The position numbers and the translations under genes are program-made. A DNA stretch of 61,207 nucleotides, the filler included, from Sphacelaria rigidula (taxonomy: Eukaryota), in the NCBI GenBank assembly GCA_964200075.2. It is 6 parts of 6 records of this genome, joined end to end, with 100 filler letters (N's around TTAATTAATTAA, not from the genome) between each part and the next. Parts side by side here need not be neighbours in the genome. Positions count along the whole stretch, not along the records: positions 10,220 to 20,337 come from CAXNAA020007098.1; positions 20,438 to 30,555 come from CAXNAA020007099.1; 4 more parts are not named here. One strand, written 5' to 3'. The notes under the pieces were generated by a model that had not been told where the DNA came from, did not search any database, and worked only from the letters and a program-made list of their open reading frames with translations. Positions 12,530 to 25,076 of this stretch are shown here, piece by piece (the stretch's first letter is position 1; the number at the start of each line of letters is the position of its first letter).

Positions 12530-15500
12530 GTACCTATCAACGAGATGTTTACATTACGGTATTTCATCCGCGCGGTAGGTCAGGTCAGCCGCTAGGTCGT
12601 AACCCTTGATTCTCAACCGATATTTATAGTTATGACTACTCCTCCGACCTGGGCCTTGCGCGTGACCTACCACCTTTTCGACGGTGTAGCGTTCTATTGT
12701 GGGCAATGTTCCGTCTGGTTGATTTATCTCTGGTCGGGGTATCTGTCTACCTACGAACAACCCGCTCAACTTGGCAAAGTCTGGTGCTGGTGTGGTTTTT
12801 CGCGGGTGATATTTCTTCAAATGAGCGAGATGTACTGATGTTTCCTTAGTCGGCGATCGTCTCTCGGTTATCGTGAATGGACCTCTCCATGGTAATTGGA
12901 GTTTGGGGTTCAGCCCTTCTGAATCTTGATACGGTCGATACAAAAGTACTTTTTGCCCCGGTTTGAACACTGGGAAAGATTTGAATTTGTTCTTGTTTTC
13001 TTGATCGTTCGCTCTTTCTCGTAGGGCTTGTCTCGCAATTTCAAATCCAAACTGTAGGTTTTCCCGTGTTTCTTTGGAAATGTTTTCGGGTGTTGCTGCT
13101 TGGCTCTCGTCAGGTATGCCGAGAATAATGTCAGTTGACAATCTGGGCTGTCTTCCGAACAACAAAATATACGGTGTTTCTTGTACTGTATTATGGTAAG
13201 AGGTATTGTACGCCATTTGGACGAATGGAAGCATGGATGCCCAGTTTTTGTTTCCGACTGACATATGCATAGCTAACATCGCGTGCATAGTGGAGTGGAC
13301 GCTTTCCGACACTGCATTACCTTGCGGACGTAGTGGTGTCATACGAGTTCTATTGAAACTCAACTCCTGTTGCAGTGCGTATATTAATTTGTTCTCAAAC
13401 TCTGCGCCCTGGTCAGAGTGAAGCTTAAACGGGATGCCAAACGTCGTGAAAACTCTGTCGATAAGGGCTTTGGCTATCGCCGTGGCTTGTTTATTCGGGA
13501 CTGAAATGAGCAACGCATACCTCGTGAGGTGTTCCATTACTGGCAGTACATATTTGCATGGCACTCCGGTGTTGGACACTTTAGCCGTTTTGTATTCGAC
13601 CAGGTCAACCGACACTCATTCATATGGCCATTCTACCGGAACATGTCCCATTGGCAATAATTGCGGGCGGGGCGTCTTTCGGCGTTGGCAGCTTTGAGAT
13701 TTTAAGCACCAATCCTTGATATCGCGGTTCATTGATAGCCAATAATATTTCGGTCGGATCCTGTCGTATGTTCGCTTGAATCCTAAGTGCCCCCGGACAA
13801 TGCATGGTCGTGGTATGAATGTAGCACCGAGCCTATTAGGGTCTTAGCTAGCACAAGTTGGTCACAAACTGTGCTCCATTTTTTCAAGTGTCCCGGCAAG
13901 TAAGACTTGAATAAAATCCCGTCATGTACTGAATAATGTGACATCGATGTGATCGATTCTTTTTCTGGTATCAGAGCATCTTTTCCCGTGATATGTTGGA
14001 TGTATGGTCCGTACTCTAGTGCTTGCTCTTCTCGCAATTGTTTGCGGTCGATTGACTTGAAGATGTTTGCTGCGCTTACGTGTACTGATTCCACGGTTAA
14101 CAACTCGCGATCACTTTGCACCGGTTTTAAGTTGTCAAGCTTCTCAGCTGAAATCTGGAACTGATGTTGTGGTTTAGCTATCTGCAACTTAGGGTCTTCT
14201 GGGACGTTACGGCATATCGTCGCAAGCAACGGCTTGATTTCCGCTCCCTGTCGCTTTTCAAACGCGAACAGCCGTGAGAGGGTGTGCGGTATAACATGAA
14301 GTTGCCCCGGCTTATGCTTGACCGTGAAATCATACGATTGCAATGCGATCGCCCACCGGGTCAACATATTACTTGCATCCTGCATTGCATACAAATATCG
14401 AAGAGCGGCGTGGTCTATTACGCACGTAGAGTAACGTCCCCGAAGAAAGGATCTAAAATGTTGGATCGCTAGTACGACCGCGTAATATTCTTTCATGGTG
14501 GGCGAATATCGGGCTTGGGCGTCGTTGAAACGTTGACTAAAGTATGCTACGATTGCGTCGTCTTCGCCTTTCTTTTGGGAAAAGTAGGATCCGGCCCCTC
14601 GGTCTGAAGCATCGACATTTATGGTGAAGTCTTTCGTGAAATCTGGAAAATGAAGGACGGATGCCTCGTTCATCATTTTTTTTTTTTTGAAGGCTTCATT
14701 ATGTTCAGTATTCCAGAGTTTCGATACCTGTTTTGCCGCCTCTTTTGCCATGCGGTTCACCAGTGGTGCTATGGTTGTAGCCAAGTCTGGTATTGATTTC
14801 CGTATGAAACTTATTGTACCGCGTACTGACCGCAACTCTTTGATGTTGGTGGGTTTCGGCAAGTCGAGGATAGCTTTTATTCTTTCATCACTCACTTTGA
14901 TGCCATCTGCGGATAGTACATGGCCCAAGTATTTGACCTGCTCTGGATCAAATTGGATATTTGTCGGCTTTAGTGTAAGGCCTGCTGTTTGCAGTGCTTT
15001 CATAGTGCTTTCTAGTATGGTGAGGTGACTCTCTCAGCTTGATGAACAACAAATTATGTCATCCATATACACTAGTAAACCACTCTTGGGCCCAAAGTGT
15101 GCAAATGCTGGTGCCATTATGCGTGAAAAGATAAAGGTTGAACACGCTAAGGAACGTTGCTTTCTCTTTTTCGCTCTCCGCCACTGGTGTCTGGTGGAAT
15201 GCACTTTGTACATCGCAAACTGTCATGAATTTCGCCCCCGCTACTGTGTCTATGTGACTTTCGATAGCTGACATGGGCCATGATTTGCGAATCAAGTCTT
15301 TATTTATCGTTGCTCCATAATCTACGCAAAATCGTGCTGCTCCGTCTGCTTTCGCGACTATTGTAACTGCTGATCCCCACGGACTTGGGCGTGGTCCGAC
15401 TAGACCATCTGTTCCCATCTGATCTACGGATTTGTCGATTGCGTCCTGCACTCTGGGGTTCGCTCTATTTTGAGCTTGGTCTACCGGCTGAGTCCCAGGT

Positions 15501-16450
15501 TTGAGCGGAAAACGTGCTTCATATAACGTACAGCAGCCCAACTCCTGCGGAGTAAGTGAAAACACAAAACGGTATTTTGCGCAAAGATCTAGTATTTGAG
15601 AGCATTATTCCGGGGAAAAGGTCGCATTTTCGAAAGCTTTGCGTAAAGCTGGTCGTAATCCCTCTTTCGCATTTTCCCTCTCTGACACATTATTTCCCGC
15701 CATTGCATTGACTGTGGCTGGTTTTGGTTCTCGTACAAGGGTGATATTGCCTAAAATCGTATCACATTTCAGGTTCACATATCGGTTCGACGGGTTGGCG
15801 CTTTGTACTATTGCCGTTTTATTTGTTGCCGACCATGTGCACACCGTCCTTGCAACGATGATGCGCGTGAACGCTTGGGGTACATCGGGTGATCGAATGT
15901 TTTCTCCGGTTATTATGCGTGGCTCTACGACGGCTGCTGTTGTTGTTGACGGGGTATTTTCCGTTTCAACTAATACTGCCATCTCACTCTGCGGTGAAAC
16001 ATTGCATTGCTTTGTGAGAAAAACTGGAACAGCGTTTGAACAGTTCACACTGACTACAGAACAATGCGTCGTTTCGGGGTGTGTTGTATTTTGTGAACGT
16101 TGTTGTTTTCGATGCGATGCTTTGGTTGTTATACTGGAGTCACGGAATGTTAACTCTTCCGCTTGCCAGTCGAGTATAGCTTGGAAAGCACTCATAATAG
16201 AATTGTCTAGTAACAGGCAATCCGGTCCCAGGTGAGGTAATACAAACGCCTCTACTGGTGGGGTTTTTATCCCTAAAGTAAGTTCGAAACCTATGAACCC
16301 TAGAATATTTATGGGGGAGCCATCCGCGCTTCTGAGATCCATCGATCCTGGCGGTACTGGCTTTATATCAGCTGCCATTATGGCCGGGTGCTCATCGATG
16401 AACCTTTTGCTGATACAGAGCACATCTGCTGCGGAATCAATTGTGATTTT
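12530..16450 (-). pseudogene. pol: Gypsy pol pseudogene (aspartic protease, RT, RNase H, integrase, chromodomain)
   Basis: Protease IDSAADVLC. RT PSPWGSAVTIVAKADG..RFCVDY and LVYMDD. RNase H DASDRGAG and DHAALRYL. Integrase HSDQGAEFEN, PQGNAVSE and WRGPF. C-terminal YTVEKVVGH..YKYRLRIKGY. Broken by frameshifts and stops across ORFs 15605-16423, 15059-15565, 13783-15003 and 12554-13615. Confidence 0.93.
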
Positions 16451-16969
16451 TCAGCGGGGGTGCCGTTTACTCTGGCTATGACTCTCACACGGGCTGATGC
16501 ACAGGATAGCGCTAGAGGCGCATCCGTATACCTGGCAAGCGATGATGCATTGTATGAGAGTCATAACAGTCATCCTTCAAGATCGGGTTTGAAAATGAAG
16601 ATTGGTGTTTCGATAATTTATTTTTCTGCGATGAGTTACACACAAAAGCCGCTTGCGGAGCTAAAAATATATGTTGCGTCTGTTCGACGCATTCGCTATT
16701 TGTACTCTGACCTCTGCTGCTATGCTCCTGCTCTTGCTCATCTCGTACGTGGTTAACCTCTACCCGAGACCTCTTACGCATTCTCCGTGGTTGGTCCGCT
16801 GTGCTGTCAGAAAAATGAAACTCTCCCATCTTACGAGCCAGAGGGTTGACGATTTCGCGTCCTTCTGTTTCCCTCGATTTTCTACGTAAAGATTTACCGT
16901 TTCTGCCCTGATCAGACGAGGGGTCCTCTCTTGGACGTCTTCACGGGTTGTACGTTTTGGCAAACTCTA

Positions 16970-18714
16970 CATGGCTCTGCATGAGGCGGCAATCTGCTGT
17001 CTCGTGTGTGTTCTTGTACCTGCATGGTGCGTGCTCACAACGGCCCGACTTTCCGTTTTACTTCTCAACTGCTTGTCATTGGATGTACTCTTATCGTTAT
17101 TGTCCTTGAAGCGTACTTTTTTTATCTCTCCCCCTGATCTACTCGCGCTCCTGTCCCTGCTAACAGACCGTTTCTCCGCTCTTCCTCTCTCCCCTCTAAT
17201 CGCTTTCAGCTGCGACTGGAGATCCGTAAGGATTGTGCCATAATCGCCTATCATTTCCGCTAGCTGTGGACGTGGAGAATTTACGGTTACGGCCGAGACA
17301 TGGGGAGTCTCCGGTTTGGTTTGGCCATGTGCGGAGGTTGTTTTGTTCGTGTTTTTTCACTCGCGCTGTCGCAGTTTGGAAGTAGAGCGTACTGTCTTCT
17401 CTCACCATTTCAACTCTGATACGGGGTTTGAGCCCGGTCTCAAATGCTGCTGTTGTGGTCACGTCTATTATAAAACGAAACGTGCCGTGGCCGGGAAACG
17501 TTTACCCGTGAAGCCTCCGTCACGAATCTGTCCATCGAAATCATACACTCCAGTGCATAGTCGTCTATGTTCTGATCTTCTCTCTGTTTTAGATCGGCTA
17601 TCGCACGGGCTAACAGTGCTAGTTGGTTTGGTGGAGAGAAGCGATAGGTGTAGGCCGCTACCCATTATGTTCAAGGTTTCGGGGCGATGGGTGCAGTATA
17701 TTTTCCTCTCGATTTGAGGTCTTGTAGTACAGCTAGTGGACGCCGCTCTACGTTTCCGCTTCCGAGTGGGGTGTATAACTTTTCTGCTGAGCCTCTTAGG
17801 ATAAGTGGTGAGTGTTTTATGGCGTGCCGTTGTACCGTGGATTCTGTGCAATCGTCAGGGGCATGATTCCTAACTCGATTGAGAAACGCACCGAGAATTA
17901 CCGGCACGTCATCACTCCGCTTTCCTTCTAGGATTATCGTTGATGGGAGATGCGATTGTTTCATCGAAAAATCATGGCTTGTAGATGGCGGAGTCAGCAC
18001 TGAATTAGACAGAGTTTCTACGCTGTGGCTGTTGTACATTAGTGAGGCTTGTTGGCGGATCTAACGTCAAAGTCCCAGAGCTCTCTGTGGATTGGATCGG
18101 CGTAGTGTTAGGCAGTTCGACCTCGAAATTATCGATTGGATCATTGACACTATCCTGGGGTTTATTCGTATTGCTCTGTAGCATCGTACTGTTGCTTGGG
18201 TGTTCTATTTCGGATGCTACTGGGTTGCTAGACTTCGACACCTGTGATACTCCTTTGTCCTGTGGTACTGAAACCCGAATGCCTGCATTACCCACGGAGC
18301 TGGCTTCATTCCTTCCTCATCGCTCCTCTCTAACGCCCTGTATGCGAGTTCTGCTGCCTTCTCCTTGATGGTGGGCTGTGGTTTAAGGGTTGGCGTAGAG
18401 GATGAGGGTAATGTGGTGGGATTGCGTAGCACATCGAACCGTCCGGTGGACACCTGACGGATATCCGGGCACCGCTCAGAGTCGTCGCTGTCGCTTTCCC
18501 CCTCGTGGCTATACGGTGGTTGGGTGGGCAGAGTCGTTTCAGCCAGCGCAGCTACCTCTAGTTGGGCTGCGCCTCTTGACTCTGCCACCTTCGCCGCCGA
18601 GGTGGAAGCTGATGGCGTGACAGCCGTGGAGGGATGCTCGAAGGTCCTCGCGGTGACCCTTCCTTGTGTAGTGGTCTTGGTGGATGTTTTGTGTGCTGGT
18701 TTCCTTCTCGGCAT
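16970..18714 (-). pseudogene. gag: Gypsy gag pseudogene
   Basis: Lies between the PBS and the protease, starting MPRRKPAHK at 18714. Frameshifted. Has a Cys/His knuckle-like CEHAPCRYKNTHETADC at 16989-17039 and is homologous to 27125-29340. Confidence 0.75.
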
Positions 18715-18775
18715 GGTGAAAGACGTGTGCACTTCCACTGAATGTCTTATTTGAGTTCTGTTCTGGTGTCGCCAA

Positions 18776-19137
18776 TGCAAAGAAGACGTATCGCAAGGGG
18801 GGACAAACTAAGGAGGAGGCTGTCCTGAGAGATGTCGTCCTGATCCCGAAGGAACTCCGAAGCTGACGATGATTTCCTCTTGTGAGATGTGGGCAAGAAG
18901 TTGGGTCAGAGAGGGAGTGGTCGCCGGGGACGACCAGTTCCTCGGGAGATGTTGGACCGTCCTGAATATCAGGCTCTTCCTGGCATCACCCCGACTTGTC
19001 TACTTTCGTTGGCATTACAGGGTCTTCGGTAATCTGGTCTATTCGGACCGTTCCCATCTTGCACCTGCTTGTTCTGGCTCTTTATACATGTGTGGCATCA
19101 GTCTCTGATATGTCACTGCAAAGAGGTATTCTCCACA
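18776..19137 (-). repeat. 5' LTR of the scaffold-2 Gypsy element
   Basis: Direct repeat of 11352-11713, followed on the minus strand by the PBS. Confidence 0.95.
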
Positions 19138-20087
19138 CAAGGGATAGTGTTCGCTCGAGATAAACACTGCAACACCAGAGTGAAGTGTGGCACGCAACAT
19201 GGACTATTTGCGGGAGCGACTGTTACGAAAGCGATTATCATAGCCCTTGGCCATATGAGATAAGTTACGCGATGTTCAGTCACACCCAACAGTCAGTCCT
19301 GTTATGTAAACAAAAGACGTACAGCAAACACCCAACCTAGAAACCCACTAAATTTGATTTAACGCGGGCACATACCGTCCTCGATGTACCGTGCTTCCGC
19401 GTCCCGGCGTGGCCTGGTGGGGCATGAACGGTCGCCATCGCATTTAGCGCCGTTTCTCTCGTGATGACACATGTACCCAGCACAAGGGTGTGGGAGGAAG
19501 GTAGTAAAGTGTAAGGTCAGCACAAATTGGGAGCACTGAGTACATGAAGATAAGAGCATGCCCTGGTCTTGTCACTCCTGTCGCGTATCGACTCGTTCCG
19601 TGTCGAGCACTGAATTCGACACATAACTTGTGATATAAATAAAGGTACGGAAAAGGGCCCCATCATCTAATGCAATAAGTACAGACATATCAGTAAGCAA
19701 GGAAATGTACGTGTGACACTTTCCACGATAGCCCCCCCCCAAAAAAATGCATAGTTTTGAGAGGCAAAATCTTCACGTAAATCGAAATGGAAAAAGCAAA
19801 GCGCAACGAGCAGCTGGGAATTTCCACACTTGGGTTCGTTCTAGCCAATGTCTCCAATATGAGGCGCTTCATGGAGCCTGAACCCAATAATCAGGCGCTG
19901 TATGATCATTTTTTTCGTGACACTTGTGGGCTGGTTTCAGGGGGAGGCTATCGTAGAAAGCGTCGTGTGTAGAATATGAACTGCGAATAGAATCCCATAA
20001 TACAAAATATGCGAAACCCACTAAAATCGTGTATTTCCCAGAACAAAAGCGGTCACCGCAAAAATGATATCCGGTGAGGCAGCACAA

Positions 20088-20337
20088 AACAGGGGATTCT
20101 ATAAAATGAGGTTGATCGATGAAATGAGGTTTGAGGAGGCTAGCCAATATGCGACAAAAACCCCAGGGAAGTACCCTCCGCAAGTGCCTTCGATCGATAC
20201 CGGGGGGAGGGGGCGTGCTCATTTGTTGCTTGCCTTAGTCGTTTGACTATTGACCTTTCGAGACGGGGCGTGGTCAATGGTCAAACGACTAAGACAAGCA
20301 ACGAATGAGTACGCACCCCCCCCCCCGCAGCGCGTGA
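20088..20337. mobile_element. Foldback MITE, same family as 21427-21782, truncated by the scaffold end
   Basis: Starts AACAGGGGATTCTATAAAATGAGGTTGA and aligns to 21427-21670. Confidence 0.85.
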
Positions 20338-20437
20338 NNNNNNNNNNNNNNNNNNNNNNNNNNNNNNNNNNNNNNNNNNNNTTAATTAATTAANNNNNNN
20401 NNNNNNNNNNNNNNNNNNNNNNNNNNNNNNNNNNNNN
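20338..20437. other. Artificial scaffold linker
   Basis: N44-TTAATTAATTAA-N44. Confidence 0.98.
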
Positions 20438-20547
20438 CGAGGCCAGTGCTACTGGAGGAGTCCCTCGTGGATAGTCCTCTTGTCCAGATCGTCTGGCAGA
20501 GGCTATAATATCTAGATATTATTCTTCCGACACTCTGTTAGAGGAGT

Positions 20548-22200
20548 TTGGCTGAGGAGAAGTGGGCAGCAGCTAAGAGCCAATTTAGCTCGCAGACAGG
20601 AGAAGACCAGCTTAAAGCGCACAGCGAAGGGGGACGCTCCGTGAGCTGGAGGACGCACAAGTCAGACAAGAGTCTCTCCGTGAAGTGTTTGAAGCATAGA
20701 CGACATGGCTCAGGCGGCGGCAACGCCGCTGGTGTTAGGTGAGTCACTACAGCCGCCAAAGTATGGAGAAGTATGGACAGAAGAGGCATGACTCGTTTTT
20801 TTCGCAGGGTATCTTGAATACATGGAGCGTTGGACTCTCGCGAATTCACAACGAATTATACGGCCTGAGAGAGTAAGCATAGGGTAACTAATTTCTGTCT
20901 ACATTCACCGCTGCTTCGAAGACATGTACAAGGACGGTCGGGCTATGACCCCCAATGAATTTCTTGATGCTGGGAAGCAGCATGCCAGGTATACTACAAC
21001 CGGTGGAAAGCATGACGCTGCGCGTGCTGCCGTAGACCTGTGTAGGGTACTTACGATGAAGCAAAACGGGGGGAAGTCTGTCAGGGATCGTGCTATGATG
21101 GTCATATCAGATATGGAACGGTTTTTTGCAGAGAACCTGATGGTGCAAGCCATGTACCGTGCGGAGGACAGGAGTTGGTTGCCAGGCCCGACCGAGTCGT
21201 TTTCCATAGCTTTGGTGGACGGGATTTCGTCCCCGGAATTCAAGGCGTATGTTAGGAGTGTACAAAAGTATGTTGATGGCTGGAAAAAGAACCCGACGGT
21301 GGTGTTCAGAACAATATTTGAGGTGCACGACCAGTGGAAGTTCATTGAAGCACGTGGTCGGCGCGACTCTGCGACAAGTGCAGGTGGTATGCGCCGCAAA
21401 CACCAACAGCAACAGAAACAGCAGCCAACAGGGGTTTCTATGAAATAAGGTTGATCAATGAAATGAGGTGTGAGAAGGCTAGCCAGTATGCGACCAAAAC
21501 CCGAGGGAAGTGCCGTCCGCAAGTGCCTTCGATCATTTTTTGGGGGGGTGGGGCGTACTAATTTGTTGCTTGCATTAGTCGTTTGACCATTATCACGCCC
21601 AGTCTCGGAAGGTCGATAGTCAAACGACTAAGGCAAGCAACAAATGAGTACCCCTCCCCTCCCCCCCAGAAAATGATCGAAGACACTTGCAGACGGTACT
21701 TCCCTCGGGTTTTTGTCCAATACTGGCTAGCCTCCTCAAACTTCATTTCATTGATCAACCTCATTTCATAGAAACCCCTGTTAGCCGTCTTCGCGAGAGT
21801 CGTCCACTCGCACGTGTTACGACTGCGGCGACACCGGACATACGGTCAAGGACTGCCACAAGCCTCGCGCTCAAGGCGCGGCACAGGGCGATGCACGAGA
21901 TTTATCAGGATCTTGGGGCGGTCGTCACGGTGGACGGGGCCGTGCCAATCAGGGACGCGGCCGCGGTGCCGCGATATCAAGCAATCGGCGGCAGATGGTG
22001 GTTCCTCCGCTGCTGTTTCTTCCACTACGTCATCAGGTGGTGACTCTGGATCTTATGGTTCGTCCGTAGCGGGGCGGACAGTGTACGTGGAAAATGCAAC
22101 AACTTCGGTGGGGAGTGCTGGAGCGAATAGCTCGCAACCCCTCGGCCAGGTAGGATCCGTGTCTGGTGCATTCCCTACTACTGCGATGGCTGTAAGAGCG
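20548..22200 (+). pseudogene. gag: gag pseudogene interrupted by a MITE
   Basis: ORF 20924-21448 continues in frame into CYDCGDTGHTVKDC (~21814-21855) once the MITE and one AGCC copy are removed. Confidence 0.8.
21427..21782. mobile_element. Foldback MITE, 356 bp, ~160-bp inverted arms, 4-bp TSD AGCC
   Basis: Ends AACAGGGGTTTCTATGAAAT...ATTTCATAGAAACCCCTGTT. AGCC at 21423-21426 and 21783-21786. Confidence 0.93.
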
Positions 22201-22319
22201 CCGTCTGTATATTCGGTGACTTGGTCTGGTTGGATCGACGACTCGCAGCTATCGATGCCAGGTGCTGGAGGGCAGCCCTGGCGTCAGGTGACTCTTGGTA
22301 CCGGACAGTGTTATTCAGC

Positions 22320-24980
22320 AGCGTGGTATCTGTCGATCGTAAGGCTGAATGCTTACGCGTAGATTTAGCGCTGCTTGGTTCTGTAGGTTCGTTCATGGCC
22401 CTCCTTATTCTGGATTCTGGGCCCGCGCTCACGTCGATCGGTGTGAGGTTGCTAGAACAGATGTCTTCGCAGTTTGGCGGCGCTCAGCTTCAGATTCCTT
22501 TCGAAAACGGACCGCAAACGGCGCAGACCGCCAGGGGTGCTCCCGTGACGGTTACACACAAAACTGTGCTAATTACTGTCAGCGTGCGTACGCCGTGGGG
22601 GGCTGTGCAGTTGCAGCCCATTACTTTCGCTGTCATGCCCGATAGGGACAACGTGGCTCTATTTGGGATGGGGACAATGAAGGAGCTCGGGATTGATCTA
22701 TGTCCGCTGGCGTTGGAGAAGTTACGTCCGCGTGCTGTGCCGGAGCAAACCGGCGTGGAAAACCCCAGTTACCTTGCTGCAAGGCGTGTGATCGTATCCA
22801 TACGGTCATTCCAGGGCGCCAATGAGGAGGAGGCTCCTTCTGATGAAGCGGTGGAGCGCTTTGTCGATCGGGGGCCGGACATGTTCATGGACCCAGCAGA
22901 GGAGAGAGTTTCAAGAAAATGTGCGCTTGAGGATAGTGTGCGGCAGGTCGAGCAGAAGGGCCTGAGCGCCGATGGTGCACATTGTCTGCGCGATATTTTG
23001 GCTCGTCGCGTAGATACATTTCGTCGTGCGCTGCGTGGTGATCCGCCAGCGCGCGTGGAGCCAATGACGGAGGCTGTGAAGGCCAAGCCTCACCGCTGCG
23101 ATCCGGTGAAGACCGTGTGGCTTGCTTCATGCATCGCAGTTTTGGTGGCATTCGGTTTGTTGGTCAGGAATATTCAGGCTGTGTGGGTGAGTCCGGCGAT
23201 GGCGGTGCCGAAGAGGGACACATTCCGTTTAGTCAGCGACTATCAGGCGGTGAACGCGCAAGTGAAACAGTCTCCGGGGGGTGATGCCAAGCCAAGAAGA
23301 GATGCGGGAGTTTCTGGGAGCCCAACAACAATATCGGTATGTCAGTGGACACATTCCTGGAGAGCGCATTTGTTTGGGAGATTTGTCGTCTGGCTTGGTA
23401 AAGGTTCCTACCGTGCCTGTTCTTCTGTTGCTATGTACAGCCCGTGTGATGCCCTCGTTAGATGTCATTCGTATCGCGCAGCGCAAAACAGTCGGCGATG
23501 GTGTTCATTCTTTTCCTTCGACTTTCGGTCAAGCTACTTTGGCTGACGATGGTTTGTTTCGCGTGCGTGTTGGCAGTAGTGATGTTTCGTGGATTCCGTC
23601 AGATGATAAGGCTCTACAAACTCGCTTGATGGCGTGCGCTTGCATGCGGTCGGCTGGTCACCGTGGTGTGGCGCCGACTTTGTTTCGTATAAAAGAATAC
23701 TGTGTGTGGCCTCACATGGATTCCCACGTTCGCGAGTTCGTTCGCCAGTGTTTGTGTTGTGTAGAAACTCGTGCTGGTGAGATTGTACCTCGTCCGTATG
23801 GCGATACTGTGCATGGCACTGCTCAAGGTGAAGTTGTTCACTTTGATTTTCTGTACGCCGGAAGTAGCGGACCTGAAGGTGCTAATGCTTTGCCTGAGGA
23901 GGATGATTTTCGGTACGTTTTGGTTATCATGAATGATTTGTCCAATTTCGTTTGCTGGGAGCCAACCGAGGCTTGCACCGCCGAGGTTACGGCTAAGGAC
24001 TTGCTCCATTGGTGCAAGACTTTGGGGGTGTCGCGTGTTTGGGTTAGTGATACCGCCACGCACTTCAAAAGTCGAATGATTGCGCAGCTGAGCAACGGCT
24101 TCTAGGTGCAACACCAATTTGCTGTTGCTTATACCCCTTGGTCGAATGGTGCTTGTGAACGCATAGTGAAAGAGGTTATTCGTGCGTTGCGGTCTATTTT
24201 GTCGGAACAGCGACGGCCGGTGTCTGAATCGGTTGATGTTTTACCAGTCGCTCAGCGGGCGTTGAATACTTACTTCCGTGAACGCTACCGTAACACTCCG
24301 TTTTGTGATGTTTGGGCATGCGCTGCGTACAGCGTTTTCCGCGCTGACTTCTGTCACTGGCAGCGAGTCGAACGTCGATGGCATGGATGCTGATTCGTTG
24401 CGTGACAAGGTTTGAGGCGTGGTTGACGAGCAAGGGCGGTTTTGTAACGAAGTGCAAGCTGCTGCCGCGGCGTCTCGCACAAGCAAACGCAAGCTTGCTC
24501 AGCGCCAGGCTGTGATGCCCAAGTTTGCAGCTGGCGATTTCGTATTGTATGTCCGTGTTCGGAGGCAAGCTGTGACGCCAAACTTGATGTCTACGTGGAC
24601 GGGTCCGTGGCGAGTGATCGGAGCCGATCACACTCACGTGTATTCGGTGCAAAACCTTGTTTCTGGCGCCGTGCACTCGGCCCATGTCGCTCGCTTACGT
24701 TTCTATGCTGACTCGTAGTTGCACATCACTGCGGAACTAAAAGATGTATTTCAGCATTCGTATGCTCAAGGGGAATGTCGCATGAATGCTTTGGTGCACA
24801 TCGCTGAGGATGACAATGGTGATATCATTGTTTTGGTCGATTGGGAAGGGTTCGGTGCTGAAGAACTTGTGTGGGAGTCTCTTCGCAAGATTTATTCTCC
24901 TGCGCCTGAATGAATTTGTTTTGAAGGAAGTGCGTAAAATTCGGTTGACTCGGACGCTGACCAGTAAATTAGCGTCGTAG
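22320..24980 (+). pseudogene. pol: pol pseudogene lacking the RT core and most of RNase H
   Basis: LILDSGPALT; WVSPAMAVPKRDTFRLVSDY; YRYVSGHIPGE; GHRGV..W..M...V..FVRQCLCC; VHFDFL; WVSDTATHF; PWSNGACER; WTGPWRV; VLVDWEGFGAEELVWESL. Confidence 0.9.
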
Positions 24981-25076
24981 TATGGTATATCTCTGTGATC
25001 TAGCGCACGCGATTTCGCCTTGGTTTTAGTTGGTTGTCAAGCTCGTTCGTTTGTCTTGAACTCGCTTCGGGGGTGC

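Larger units (their letters stand above)
11352..19137 (-). mobile_element. Full-length but decayed Ty3/Gypsy LTR retrotransposon with a chromodomain-bearing integrase
   Basis: Two 362-bp TG...CA LTRs. On the minus strand there is a PBS (TGGCGACACCAG) next to the 5' LTR and a polypurine tract (AAAGGGGGGGGGAAA) before the 3' LTR. Domain order is gag-PR-RT-RNaseH-IN-chromo. Flanks CATG/CAAG are a possible 4-bp TSD. Confidence 0.96.

Noticed and set aside
15639..18754. Plus-strand ORFs inside the scaffold-2 Gypsy element (e.g. 15639-16235, 17316-17717)
   Set aside because: Antisense shadows of the gag/pol frames with no recognisable motifs.
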